Origin: a virus
Lineage: Duplodnaviria; Caudoviricetes
DNA length: 64,000 nt
IMG/VR virus record: IMGVR_UViG_2974674860_000001
Coordinates: 1-64,000 of that record
Direction: 5' to 3' (one strand)
Positions within the stretch are counted from its first letter, which is position 1. Each line of letters opens with the position of its first letter. Made by a program: the position numbers and the translations under genes. Below are positions 18,701 to 28,168 of this stretch, piece by piece. The notes beneath the pieces are model-generated. The model was not told the origin of the DNA. It saw only the letters and a program-made list of their open reading frames with translations, and did not search any database.

Positions 18701-21700
18701 GTCCGCAAGCGCGTGGGCCAGAACCTATTCCGCGGCATTGCCGATGATGTGTTCCGTCTGGCCAACGTCGGCCTGCCGGTCCTGGACAAGGGCCTGTCGA
18801 ACACCGCCGCCGGACTCAACCGCGGCGGGCAGCACATCCTGAACTACCTCGCCAGCGCCAAGGGCCTGTCGGATCTCGACTCGATCTTCACCAACACCGC
18901 CACCTCGGCGGGTAGCTTCTCTGTCGCCATCTCCAATGGCCTGCAGGCCCTGATCTCGATGGCCGAGGTCGGCACCCGATTCATGCCGTGGTTCGGACAG
19001 TCCGTCGAGGACACCACCCGCCGCTGGCGGGCACTGGCTGACGCGCAGCAGGCCAACGGCGGCATGGAGGCATACTTCGCCCGCTCGATCGTCCGCGCTC
19101 AGCAGCTCGGCAGCATCCTCGGCGACATCGGCGGCATCATCGCCACCACGTTCCAGGCCACCTCGACAATGGGCCTGACCTCGCTCACCCACCTGAGCAT
19201 GTCGCTGGAGCAGTTCCGCGAGAAGCTCAACACCGACGCCGGCCAGGACGGCATCCGCGAGTTCTTCACCAACGTCCGCGAAATGCTCCACGCAGCAGGC
19301 GATCTCGCCAGCTCGGTGTGGACTGTCATCTCCAACGACGTCATCCCCGCCCTGCAGATGGTCAACGACATCATGTCGCCGATCATCCGCCTGATCGCGG
19401 GCATCAGCGCCGGCATCAGCGACTGGGCTCCGCTCCTGCGCACCGCCCTGAGCGCCTACCTCGCCTTCCGAATCGTGAAGGGCACCTTCGGCCTGATCGG
19501 CACCGCGCTGACCAAGGTCGGCGTGAACATCAGCACCCAGACCGGGCTCGTCGGCGCACTGACCCGCGCCTGGACCGGCGCCACCACCGCGATGAACGGG
19601 TACGCCGCCCGCGCCATCGGCCTCAACACCGCCAGTGCCGCCATCGCGACCACCACCGCCCGCACCGGCGCGCTCGCCGGGGCGATGGGCAAGGTGTCCA
19701 CCGGAGCCCGCAACCTCTTCTCGTTCGTGGGCGGACCGGCCGGCATCGCCGTCGGCGCGCTCGTCGTCGGCCTGACCGCCTGGTACGGCGCCAACCAGAA
19801 GCTCGACGAATCCACCAAGCGACTCACCGAGAACGCCAAGCTGGCAAAGAAGGCCCAGGAGAACCTCCACGACGCGATCGAAGGCGGCCGCGGCAAGTCG
19901 ACACCCGAGATGCTCGCTGCCACACAGGAGCACGTCGAGGCGATCGTCCAGCAGTGGCAGATCCTGTCCGAGGCCAAGCCCGGCAAGTTCGATCTGTTCG
20001 GCGGCATGGTCGCCGAGATCGCAACCCTCGGCAAGAGCGACCTGTTCAACAAGCAGCTCGACGCCAAGCTCGATGAAGAGTCGGTGCGCAAGTACGTCGA
20101 CGTGATGAACGACCTCAAGCTCACCACCGAGGACATCGCACTGGCACTCTCGGGCACCGACGAGCAGTGGGCGGCCTTCAAGACGCGGCTCGACGGCGCC
20201 GGTGAATCCGGTGCGGCCTTCGCCCGCCAGATGGAGCTGCAGCGGTACGAAATCCAGCAGCAGCGCGAGGCTATCGCACAGCTGGAGCCCGGCTACCTCG
20301 ACCTGCAGGCGTCCCTGGGAATCCTCGCCGACACCGCCTCGTCGACCGCCGACAAGTTCGACGCACTGAGCCAGGCCTTCAAGGCGCTCATCCCCGGCAA
20401 CGAGGAGCGCGAGGCTGTCGCCAAGTTCGGCAAGGCCCTCGAAGACATCCAGTCCAAGATCAACTCCGTCCGCCCCGACGGCGGCTTCGGCGCTGAACTG
20501 CTGCGCCCTGACGGCGATCTCGACCTCACCAAGGGCAACGCCATCGTGCTCGACCAGGCCATCCAGGATGGCCGCGACACGATCGGCCAGATGCAGATCC
20601 AGGGCGCCGACCAGGCCCAGATCGACGACGCCTGGGCCCAGTGGACCCAGCAGGTCGAGACCCTCGGCGCAGCCATGGGCATCACCGGCGGACAGCTCGA
20701 CACCCTCCTGGAGAAGCTGCGCGCCACACCCGATCAGGTCACCACCCTCGTCGCCGTCCAGGGCATCGACAAGGCCGGACAGGACCTGGTTGCCCTGCGC
20801 GCCAAGTTCTCCGACCTCGCACCCGGCGAGACCCGCACCATCAAGGTCCGCCTCAACGACGAGAACAGCAAGCAGGTCATCCGCGACCTCGGCGGCGAGA
20901 TCGAGGAACTCGGCAACGGCCAGGTCGCCGTCACTATCGACGAGGCGACCTTCAACGACGGCTTCGACCGCACCGTGGCCAAGATCCAGGCGCTCAACCT
21001 GATCAAGTCCACGGCCACCGTCGACCTCGACACCGGCCAGCTGCGCCTCGAAGCGGGCCAGGCCGCCAACATCGTCAACCTGCTCGACCAGTACAAGGCC
21101 GACCCGGTCGCCCGCCTGCTCATCGATCAACTGCAGGCGAACTCGGCCGTCGCCATCACCTCCCTCGATAGCATCGAGCGCACCGAACCCAACCCGGTCG
21201 TCGACGCAAACATCCAGCCCCTCAAGGACAAGGTCGCCGAAGCCAAGCGCGACCTCGATGGTCTGGCCACCCCGTGGGACATGCTCACCGCCATCCACGC
21301 GCCGATGCCCGACGGCAGCCGTCCGACCCCCGAGGTCATGGAGCAGCGCCAGCGCGAGTGGGCCCAGAAGCACGGCCAGGCACCCACCGGCCCGGCGCCC
21401 GAGAGCGGCGTCCCCGGCGTCCTGCAGCCCGGCGACTTCGCCAAGCCACGCAAGCCCGGCAACTACCGCGGCGGCCGCATCCCCGGCTTCTCAATCGGCG
21501 GCATGCTGCCCACCTCCGGCCCGGGCACCCAGACCCGCGACGGTATCTACGCAGTGGGCCCCGACGGGCTTCCGCGGGCCATGGTCAACGGCGGCGAGTG
21601 GGTCATCAACCCGGCTATGTCGCAGAAGTACAGCGCGCTCCTGGCGCTGATCAACGCCGACAAGCTCACCGGATTCGCCAACGGCGGCACACTGCCGGGC

Positions 21701-24547
21701 GGAAAGCCCAAGCAGGGCGCAGGCATTCAGCTCGGACCCGTCGGCGACCCGTTCGCCGCGATGGTCCAGGGCGTCGGCCAGCTCGGTTCCATGTTCACCT
21801 CGGCCCTCGACGGCGAGGCGATCCCGGCGTGGACCCAGTTCGCGGCGCAGCTGCAGGCCGGTGCGACGTCGTTCATCAACCCGGCACTGACCGGTGTGTC
21901 GACCATGGTCACCGCACTCGGGCAGAAGTTCCCCGAGGTCGGCGGCCTGATCACCCCTGCCTGGCAGACCATGTCGGATGCGATCCTCGCGGCCAAGACC
22001 ACGACGATCGATCCCGTCTTCTCGGGAATCCAGGGCGGCCTGACCACCGTCGAAGGCGCATTCACCAACGGCGTCAACAACATCCGCACCCAGTGGGCCG
22101 GCATCCAGGAAGCCACCGCGGCTCCCGTGCGCTTCACCATCGGCACCGTCTTCAACGACGGACTCGTGGGCATGTGGAACTCTGTCGCCGACCTCATCGG
22201 TGCCACGAAGATGAACCCGTACGTGGCCAAGTTCGCCACCGGTGGCGTCCTGCCCGGCTACACCCCGGGCCGCGACGTCCACGAGTTCTACTCGCCGTCG
22301 CTGGGCGAGCTGCACCTGTCCGGCGGCGAGGCCATCATGCGCCCCGAGTGGACCCGCGCCATGGGCGGCCCGGCGGCCGTCGACAAGATGAACCAGGACG
22401 CCCGCGCCGGCAAGCTCAAGCCCATCCACGGCGACCCCGCGGTGTACCGCAACGGCGGCGTCTTCGGGCGTTTCGCCAGCGGCGGCACGATCGCGAACGG
22501 CTCCGAAATCACCTCGCCCATCCAGCGGGTGATGTGGGACGCTGTCCGTACAGCCTTCCCGAATGTCGTTCTCTCCTCGGGAACTCGCTATGCCGACGTC
22601 GGCTCCGGCTTCGACAACCACATGGGCCAGCGCGCCCTGGACCTCACCGGGCCCATGCCCGAGATCGCCCGCTGGATCTACCAGCTCAACAAGGTCCAGC
22701 CGGTCGAGGAACTGATCCACGCGCCGCTCAACGGCTGGCAGAACCTCAAGGCCGGGCAGCCGCTCAACTACGGCGCCGGCACCGACGCTGACCACCTCGA
22801 CCACGTGCACTGGGCGATGGCCAGCATGCGCTCGTTCGCGGGCAAGCTCGTCTCGATGGCCATGGGCAATGGCCCGCTGTCGCAGGCCGCGGTCATCTCG
22901 CCCGAGGAGATGGTCCGCAACACCCTCGCACCGATGAAGGACGAGCTGGCCACGAAGGTCGCTGGCGGCAAGTTCCCTGGCCAGATCGGCACTCTGCCGG
23001 CCAAGGTCGCCGAGTCGATGACCAAGTCGATCGAGGCCAAGGCGATCCAGCTCGCCAAGGAGATGGGCCTGTACAACGGCCCGGCCATCGCCGGGGGCGG
23101 CAACGTCGAGCGGTGGCGGCCGATGGTCATCGCCGCCCTCAAGAAGCAGGGCTTCGAGCCGTCCAAGCGCAACCAGGACCTGATGCTCTCGCAGATCGGG
23201 TCCGAGTCGGGCGGCGACCCGAATGCGATCAACCTGTGGGACTCGAACGCCCAGGCGGGATACCCGTCACAGGGCATCCTGCAGACGATCCCCTCGACGT
23301 TCGAGGCCAACCGCGACCCGTCGATCCCGGGCGGCATCACCGACCCGTGGGCGAACATGAACGCGGCACTGCGGTACTACCGCGGCAAGTACGGCCCCGA
23401 CCTCGGTGCCCAGTGGGGCCAGGGCCACGGCTACGACCGCGGCGGCATCTTCGAGGACGGCACGTTCGGCTTCAACACCTCAGGCAAGCCTGAGGCCGTC
23501 TTCACCAACAAGCAGTTCCTCATGCTCGACAAGCTCGTCGAGTCGCTGCTCAACCCGAAGATGTTCGCTCGCCTGACCGGTGAAACCCCGGTCGCGGCGA
23601 ACGGTGCCAAGGTGGCCCCGAAGGCGACCGAAGTCGACCCTGAGTACATCGCGCTCGGCGAGAACCCCGAGGCCGTCAGCCCCGAGGTCGCGGAGATGTA
23701 CAAGAAGTACGGCACCCCCGTCCCGGGCACCAAGAAGAAGGACGACCCGAAGGCCACCGACCCGGCAGCCCCGGCTGACCCGGCAACCCCGGCAACACCG
23801 CCGGCAGTCCCGACCCCGGCCGATCCCAACGCCCCGGTGGACCCGAAGACGGGCAATCCGCCGCTTCCGACGGACCCGAAGGCGACCGCTCCGACCACGC
23901 CGCCGAGCACCACCAACCCGCAGATCCCGGGCGCGGACCCGACGAAGCCGACGGTCCCCGAAGAGCCGGTTGACCCGCTCGACAGCTACAACGGCCCGTT
24001 CTCGGACATCCTCAAGAAGGGTCGGCTCATCGGGCAGGCCGCGCAGGGGCTCGCGAGCCCCGACGGCCTCGCTCGCATCGGTGACATCGATCACGACTAC
24101 AAGAAGGCCAAGGCTGCCAAGCAGCGACTGGCCGTCGCGACGAAGTACCGCACCGACGCCGAGGGCCTGGTCTCCCGTCTCCGCGCCGAAGGCAAGGAGA
24201 AGGAGGCGGCCGAGGTCGAGGCTGGCATCGCGGCCAAGGAGCGCGAGCTGGCCGGCGGCGATCCGCAGAAGATCGCCGAGCTGGCATCGCTCGCCGATGG
24301 CGAACCGGCCAGCGAGACCTTCCGTCTGCAGGCCGAGGAGTCGTTCAAGCAGTACCTCGCCGAGAACGCGATCGGCATCAGCGAGTCGGTCGTTTCGGCC
24401 GGCATTGGCGCCGCAGGTAACTCGGGTGCCGGCGACATCATCATCAACGGCGGCATCCGCACCAACTCCTGGAACGACGCTCAGCGCAAGATCGAGCGGA
24501 CCCGGAAGCGGCAGTCGCGTCAATCAGCACGGGCAGGATTCCGATGA
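15737..24547 (+). CDS. tape measure protein (2936 aa) with peptidase-like and lytic transglycosylase domains
   Basis: length, Ala-rich coiled coils, H-x6-D...H motif, SESGGDPNAINLWDSN SLT-like motif. Confidence 0.97.
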   Translation: MALNRYQAGTAWIRVTPDFRDFGKKLERQVQDNLNSVAARAKVDTKSIDRARAEMRALSKETVTPGIEPKVNKKALAQAERLLDGLDAKRRTAVVTAEVNKIKAEQELSRLTKRQRVVIEADVDGKSVTKNFDKIRTEISKRMAKEGPLTDAGAKAISQALRRALKTDVASAALLPHKREWDAATREAKRLQGIINSGRVIDPREIEKASDAIVKAARERTKAEKDYADAQRAAVKHTRELEDTSAKLTSHERAQAHWATKRAKANKVAEQASKQIAKAPEAEAEQLARIDRLRKARERADEKVANHPATATWENRNKTQQLEIDRQARAVARLAKAEDDLRIMREDVAVAEARRNRSTDSVKTYDRRLRAAEAIIEQEKGLVKRARTMANQAEDAMETAAVKRERAQDKYAQALANHEEARLGAIAKAENELASVRAAHTEAINREAAASARYNQLLPQQTHEARRLADSLKRLRSQSLSTRDEVETALNRANTSLGRDRAKVDLRVDGRETDTAHNRLLERMPSHIADSRIEKDVVARQAAMKSAAAYDRTMSQLEQRTYAVRNAERALADATRQRIALEEAGQITSERGVAALEREAIAIERVTHVQRQQKVSREQADRARGSYNLASRGLEDRINLNPIQRFLDKLDHGANQVIGKINERLIFAGRLLSAVSSLGMAAAAGLAGLGAINLVPLVGSISQVVGVLGLVPAMAASAATAIAAIAVGANGIGDAFKAAAKLTDAKAKPATGGGATRGAQRTLENAQKSQARTAVQGARQIRDAEKSVTKAQKSSEDAQKDLTRARAEARDEIEDMNRSLKGLALDEEDAALSVQEARKNLRETMADPDADAIDRKRANLSYRQAIQNLDDVRRANQDTRNEVAEANRKGVEGSDKVVSAQERATAAQEGLVEAQQNLVETQQDVAQANADAADRIADAQEALAAAAAGGASAVDTAAAEFEASMERLAPNAQALVVGLLGVGDAWTEVRKRVGQNLFRGIADDVFRLANVGLPVLDKGLSNTAAGLNRGGQHILNYLASAKGLSDLDSIFTNTATSAGSFSVAISNGLQALISMAEVGTRFMPWFGQSVEDTTRRWRALADAQQANGGMEAYFARSIVRAQQLGSILGDIGGIIATTFQATSTMGLTSLTHLSMSLEQFREKLNTDAGQDGIREFFTNVREMLHAAGDLASSVWTVISNDVIPALQMVNDIMSPIIRLIAGISAGISDWAPLLRTALSAYLAFRIVKGTFGLIGTALTKVGVNISTQTGLVGALTRAWTGATTAMNGYAARAIGLNTASAAIATTTARTGALAGAMGKVSTGARNLFSFVGGPAGIAVGALVVGLTAWYGANQKLDESTKRLTENAKLAKKAQENLHDAIEGGRGKSTPEMLAATQEHVEAIVQQWQILSEAKPGKFDLFGGMVAEIATLGKSDLFNKQLDAKLDEESVRKYVDVMNDLKLTTEDIALALSGTDEQWAAFKTRLDGAGESGAAFARQMELQRYEIQQQREAIAQLEPGYLDLQASLGILADTASSTADKFDALSQAFKALIPGNEEREAVAKFGKALEDIQSKINSVRPDGGFGAELLRPDGDLDLTKGNAIVLDQAIQDGRDTIGQMQIQGADQAQIDDAWAQWTQQVETLGAAMGITGGQLDTLLEKLRATPDQVTTLVAVQGIDKAGQDLVALRAKFSDLAPGETRTIKVRLNDENSKQVIRDLGGEIEELGNGQVAVTIDEATFNDGFDRTVAKIQALNLIKSTATVDLDTGQLRLEAGQAANIVNLLDQYKADPVARLLIDQLQANSAVAITSLDSIERTEPNPVVDANIQPLKDKVAEAKRDLDGLATPWDMLTAIHAPMPDGSRPTPEVMEQRQREWAQKHGQAPTGPAPESGVPGVLQPGDFAKPRKPGNYRGGRIPGFSIGGMLPTSGPGTQTRDGIYAVGPDGLPRAMVNGGEWVINPAMSQKYSALLALINADKLTGFANGGTLPGGKPKQGAGIQLGPVGDPFAAMVQGVGQLGSMFTSALDGEAIPAWTQFAAQLQAGATSFINPALTGVSTMVTALGQKFPEVGGLITPAWQTMSDAILAAKTTTIDPVFSGIQGGLTTVEGAFTNGVNNIRTQWAGIQEATAAPVRFTIGTVFNDGLVGMWNSVADLIGATKMNPYVAKFATGGVLPGYTPGRDVHEFYSPSLGELHLSGGEAIMRPEWTRAMGGPAAVDKMNQDARAGKLKPIHGDPAVYRNGGVFGRFASGGTIANGSEITSPIQRVMWDAVRTAFPNVVLSSGTRYADVGSGFDNHMGQRALDLTGPMPEIARWIYQLNKVQPVEELIHAPLNGWQNLKAGQPLNYGAGTDADHLDHVHWAMASMRSFAGKLVSMAMGNGPLSQAAVISPEEMVRNTLAPMKDELATKVAGGKFPGQIGTLPAKVAESMTKSIEAKAIQLAKEMGLYNGPAIAGGGNVERWRPMVIAALKKQGFEPSKRNQDLMLSQIGSESGGDPNAINLWDSNAQAGYPSQGILQTIPSTFEANRDPSIPGGITDPWANMNAALRYYRGKYGPDLGAQWGQGHGYDRGGIFEDGTFGFNTSGKPEAVFTNKQFLMLDKLVESLLNPKMFARLTGETPVAANGAKVAPKATEVDPEYIALGENPEAVSPEVAEMYKKYGTPVPGTKKKDDPKATDPAAPADPATPATPPAVPTPADPNAPVDPKTGNPPLPTDPKATAPTTPPSTTNPQIPGADPTKPTVPEEPVDPLDSYNGPFSDILKKGRLIGQAAQGLASPDGLARIGDIDHDYKKAKAAKQRLAVATKYRTDAEGLVSRLRAEGKEKEAAEVEAGIAAKERELAGGDPQKIAELASLADGEPASETFRLQAEESFKQYLAENAIGISESVVSAGIGAAGNSGAGDIIINGGIRTNSWNDAQRKIERTRKRQSRQSARAGFR

Positions 24548-25425
24548 TCATCACCAATCCCTCAGCGTTCCTGCGGGATGACCGCACCAAGGTCATCTAC
24601 TTCGGGATCGACGGGTCAGTGTGGCACCTCTCGGGCTACGGCCAGGGCCGCGAGGGTGCGACGCTCGGTGTCGAGCCGGGCATGCTCTACATGCCCGACA
24701 TGGAGCTGCTCTACCTTGAAGGTGCACGGCAGGACGGCGCGAAGTACCAGGACACCGTCCTGCCGCGGCGCGAGATCGACTTCGAGGTACAGATCGCGGG
24801 AAAGACCAACCGCGAGTTCATGGCTCGCAACGACGCATGGTGGCGAGCGTGGTCGACCCGTACGCCGGGCACCCTGGCCATGTTCACCTCGTCGACCGGG
24901 TGGCGATGGATCAAGGTCCGCCTCGCCGGAAACATCGACACGAAGTGGGGCAAGGACCCGTCGCTGATCAAGGCCTGCGACTACGACATGACCGCATCGG
25001 CCGACGATCCGCTCTGGCGCACATTCAAGGACAAGTCGCACTGGAAGAACACGGCCGCAACAGGTTCGGGCGTTCTGCAGTTCCGCAACTGGGCTGACCA
25101 TGAGGCCTACCCCGAGTACGTCATGCCGGGGCCGGGGACCTACTCGATCCAGGATGGACCCGACGGTGAGATGATCCCGCTCCCGTACATCAAGTACGGG
25201 CAGACCCTCCGTCTCGACACCCACCCCCTGCGCCTCATCCTCCGCATGTACGACTCCACCACTGGCGTCGACGGCCGGTCATTCTGGCGCGGCATGGGCA
25301 CCCGGCGATTCCGCGGATCGATTGCGCCCTGGAGCGATTCGGTGATCAAGGTGGCGGTCGAGGGTGGCGACGTCGAGGCCCAGGTCTACGGCATCATCAC
25401 GCCCCGCCATCTGCGTCCGTTCTGA
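24544..25425 (+). CDS. minor tail protein (Dit-like)
   Basis: immediately follows the tape measure gene. Confidence 0.85.
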   Translation: MIITNPSAFLRDDRTKVIYFGIDGSVWHLSGYGQGREGATLGVEPGMLYMPDMELLYLEGARQDGAKYQDTVLPRREIDFEVQIAGKTNREFMARNDAWWRAWSTRTPGTLAMFTSSTGWRWIKVRLAGNIDTKWGKDPSLIKACDYDMTASADDPLWRTFKDKSHWKNTAATGSGVLQFRNWADHEAYPEYVMPGPGTYSIQDGPDGEMIPLPYIKYGQTLRLDTHPLRLILRMYDSTTGVDGRSFWRGMGTRRFRGSIAPWSDSVIKVAVEGGDVEAQVYGIITPRHLRPF

Positions 25426-25431
25426 CCGCAC

Positions 25432-25447
25432 TGTTGCGTATCTCGTA
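25432..25447 (+). promoter_or_regulatory. operator-like motif TGTTGCGTATCTCGTA between minor tail genes
   Basis: 1 mismatch to consensus; sits in a 40-bp intergenic gap. Confidence 0.7.
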
Positions 25448-25465
25448 CTCACAGCAAGGATCTCA

Positions 25466-27352
25466 ATGACCACGGCTATTGGCTCATCGGCGAACTGGAA
25501 TCCCGAGGCCGCCGCGTCCTACCTCCGCGAACACGACGTCCAGGAGACCCAGGACCTCCTGGACCCCTCGGTCGAGGTGCGGATCTTCGACAAGTACTAC
25601 GACCTCGCCGAGTTCGCCCAGGACTACATGGACCTGGAGTTCACGATCAAGCGCAACGGCGCCGGCGCACTCTCGATGACCCTGCCCGGCGATTCCCTGT
25701 GCCGTGACCACATCTTCAACAACGTCGACGGCGCCGATGCCATCATCCCGATCATCGTCGACACCGCGGGATTCCAGTGGTCGGGCCAGGTCGACACTGC
25801 GTCCATCGTGCTCGACGAAAACGGCATCGAGACCATCGAGATCACCGCGCTGCACGACTGGGAGTGGTGCAACCGAATCGCCATGTGGCCCTCGCCATTT
25901 GCGCCACTTGAGGCACAGTTCCCCAAGCGGATGATCGGGATCGGCCCCGCGGCTACCATCATCAAGACCTTCTACCGCGCCAACCTCATCCGCCTGCAGC
26001 TACCCCTCTGGCGGATGCCCGCCCTCAACGAGCTGTTCGACGCTGAGTCGTTCAACCTCCCCGCAGCCGCGGTCGGCACGGCGGTCGGCGGCGGGATCGG
26101 GGCCGTCATCGGCGGCGTCGCCGGGGGAGCGGCCGGCGGCGCGATCGGCACCGTGGTCCAGCCCGCCGGCGGTCAGGCCGCGGGCATTCCCATCGGCGCT
26201 GGTGTCGGTGCGGTCGTCGGCGGCGTCGTCGGCGCGGGCATCGGTGGTGTCGTGGGCGGCTACGCCATCGGCCAGGGCGATCCCAACTTCCCAGTCGCCG
26301 TCGTTCCGCCGGAAGGGCTCCGCGACACCACCAAGTGGTGTGCGGTGTCCGCTCGCATGCAGATGGGCGGCGAGCTGTTCGACCAGGTGCTCAAGGACTC
26401 CGGCCTGGCCCTCGTCGCCCGCGTGTTCATGCCAGGCGAGCACGAACAGCCAGCGCCCGAGCACTTCACCCTCAACCACCCCACCATCGTCCTCGACGTC
26501 GAGGACCACACGGGCGTCACCGGGCCCACCGGCACTGTCATCGACGGAATGCTCTGGTGGTCCACCGAACTCCTCGGCGACATGGTCACCGAGGTGCTCG
26601 GCCAAAGCTCCAAGGAGAAGGGTGACCTGGTCTCCGACGACGACCTCAACGAGGTGTCGAAGTGGCTCGGCCTACGCAAGGCCCGCCCCGATGTCGTCTG
26701 GCTCGACGGCCAGTACTCGGGCATCATCTCGGGACAGGTCACCATCCACAAGCCGATGGCCCGCGACATCATCGTCGGCGGCCGCAGCCCCGGCTGGGTG
26801 AACTCGCTCATCGACGTCGGAATGTCGCTGCTGCTCAACTACATCGGCATCCTTGCCGCAGCACCCGGCCTGTCCTCGATCTACACCGGACAGTTCGACG
26901 ACATCCTGCTCGCATACCAGCGATTCACCGACGCCGGCCGGGCCATGCGCGCCGGGCCCTACCTCTACCACGAGCACGTCGTCGCCGACGCCTCGTCCGC
27001 CTACACCATCGACGGCACCATGTCCGGCCGCGGGGGAGTGTGGGACACCCGCGGCTACACCTCGAAGACGGTCAAGGTCCGCGACGCCAACCCGTACATC
27101 TTCGGCGTCGACTACGGCATCGGACACCTGGTCGGCTACGAGCTGGACGGTGTGATCTGGACCGACTACGTCACCGAGGCCACCTTCTCCGACAACCGTG
27201 AAGAGCGGGCATTCTGGGACATCACCATCGGCGACGGCTCCGACGAAGAGTCCGACGGCGTTCGCGCACACCGCAAGATCTCCGGCCTGTTCTCCATCGC
27301 GAAGGATCTGGCCACCGACGTCGGCGCCGACCTTGGTCTCGGGGTGATCTGA
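25466..27352 (+). CDS. minor tail protein (Tal/hub-like) with a glycine-zipper segment
   Basis: position; RBS AAGGA before ATG25466. Confidence 0.85.
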   Translation: MTTAIGSSANWNPEAAASYLREHDVQETQDLLDPSVEVRIFDKYYDLAEFAQDYMDLEFTIKRNGAGALSMTLPGDSLCRDHIFNNVDGADAIIPIIVDTAGFQWSGQVDTASIVLDENGIETIEITALHDWEWCNRIAMWPSPFAPLEAQFPKRMIGIGPAATIIKTFYRANLIRLQLPLWRMPALNELFDAESFNLPAAAVGTAVGGGIGAVIGGVAGGAAGGAIGTVVQPAGGQAAGIPIGAGVGAVVGGVVGAGIGGVVGGYAIGQGDPNFPVAVVPPEGLRDTTKWCAVSARMQMGGELFDQVLKDSGLALVARVFMPGEHEQPAPEHFTLNHPTIVLDVEDHTGVTGPTGTVIDGMLWWSTELLGDMVTEVLGQSSKEKGDLVSDDDLNEVSKWLGLRKARPDVVWLDGQYSGIISGQVTIHKPMARDIIVGGRSPGWVNSLIDVGMSLLLNYIGILAAAPGLSSIYTGQFDDILLAYQRFTDAGRAMRAGPYLYHEHVVADASSAYTIDGTMSGRGGVWDTRGYTSKTVKVRDANPYIFGVDYGIGHLVGYELDGVIWTDYVTEATFSDNREERAFWDITIGDGSDEESDGVRAHRKISGLFSIAKDLATDVGADLGLGVI

Positions 27353-27358
27353 TTCGAC

Positions 27359-27392
27359 GGCAATTCCCCGTTCTCCCGGAATTGCCACTTTT
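27359..27392 (+). terminator. intrinsic terminator before the lysis cassette
   Basis: GGCAATTCC...GGAATTGCC followed by acTTTT. Confidence 0.7.
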
Positions 27393-27532
27393 GCTCAAGA
27401 GGCCTGTTTCACCCGGCCGGGCGGCGTTACGATCGAGATGAACGATCTGGCCGCTCGGCCATTTTCTTGCGCTCACTCGACATCCGAGTTTGATTGCGCC
27501 TCTTCATCTCTAACCTTGATAGGTGGCGCCTT

Positions 27533-28168
27533 ATGGCCGACGAAACCGTGATCATCCTCCGTCACACCTACCACGTCCAGCGCACCGGATACACCTGCGG
27601 ACCTTCGGCTCTGCTCATGGTCCTATCCACGTTCGGCATCAACGTCGACGAGGCCACGCTCGCACGGCTCTGTGGCACCACGTCCGACGGCACCGGAGAC
27701 GTGAACAACATCATCCCAGTTGCCAAGCGGTACACCAAGGTTGACTGGCGTCGCACCGGCGGCATGTTCGACCCGCCGAGCAAGGCGCAGAAGGAGCTGC
27801 TCTGGCAGCGGCTGGTCGAGACGGTCGCGAACTCCCGCCGCGGAGTCGTGGTCAACATCTGGGCGCCGGCCGACAACCACCCGCCCGGCTACCCGAACTA
27901 CATGATCATGCACTACATCGCGGCGGTCGGAATCGACCTCGTGAACCGGCGGATCTACATCGCCGACAGTGCACGATTCGGCGGCATCGAGCACTACTGG
28001 CTCAGCCTCGACAAGCTCGCGAGCCTGATCCCGCCCAAGGCGATCATGTCGCTGCTCAATCCCGTCGTCCCGCCCAGCGCAGACCCCTTCTCGGTGTTCA
28101 CCGCCGACCAGCTGCGGCTCATCGTCGCGGCCGCACATCAGGTCGCAGCACCCCAGGAGAGCGTATGA
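27533..28168 (+). CDS. lysin A part 1, C39-like cysteine peptidase
   Basis: QRTGYTCGP...MHYIAAVG...IADS catalytic pattern. Confidence 0.85.
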   Translation: MADETVIILRHTYHVQRTGYTCGPSALLMVLSTFGINVDEATLARLCGTTSDGTGDVNNIIPVAKRYTKVDWRRTGGMFDPPSKAQKELLWQRLVETVANSRRGVVVNIWAPADNHPPGYPNYMIMHYIAAVGIDLVNRRIYIADSARFGGIEHYWLSLDKLASLIPPKAIMSLLNPVVPPSADPFSVFTADQLRLIVAAAHQVAAPQESV

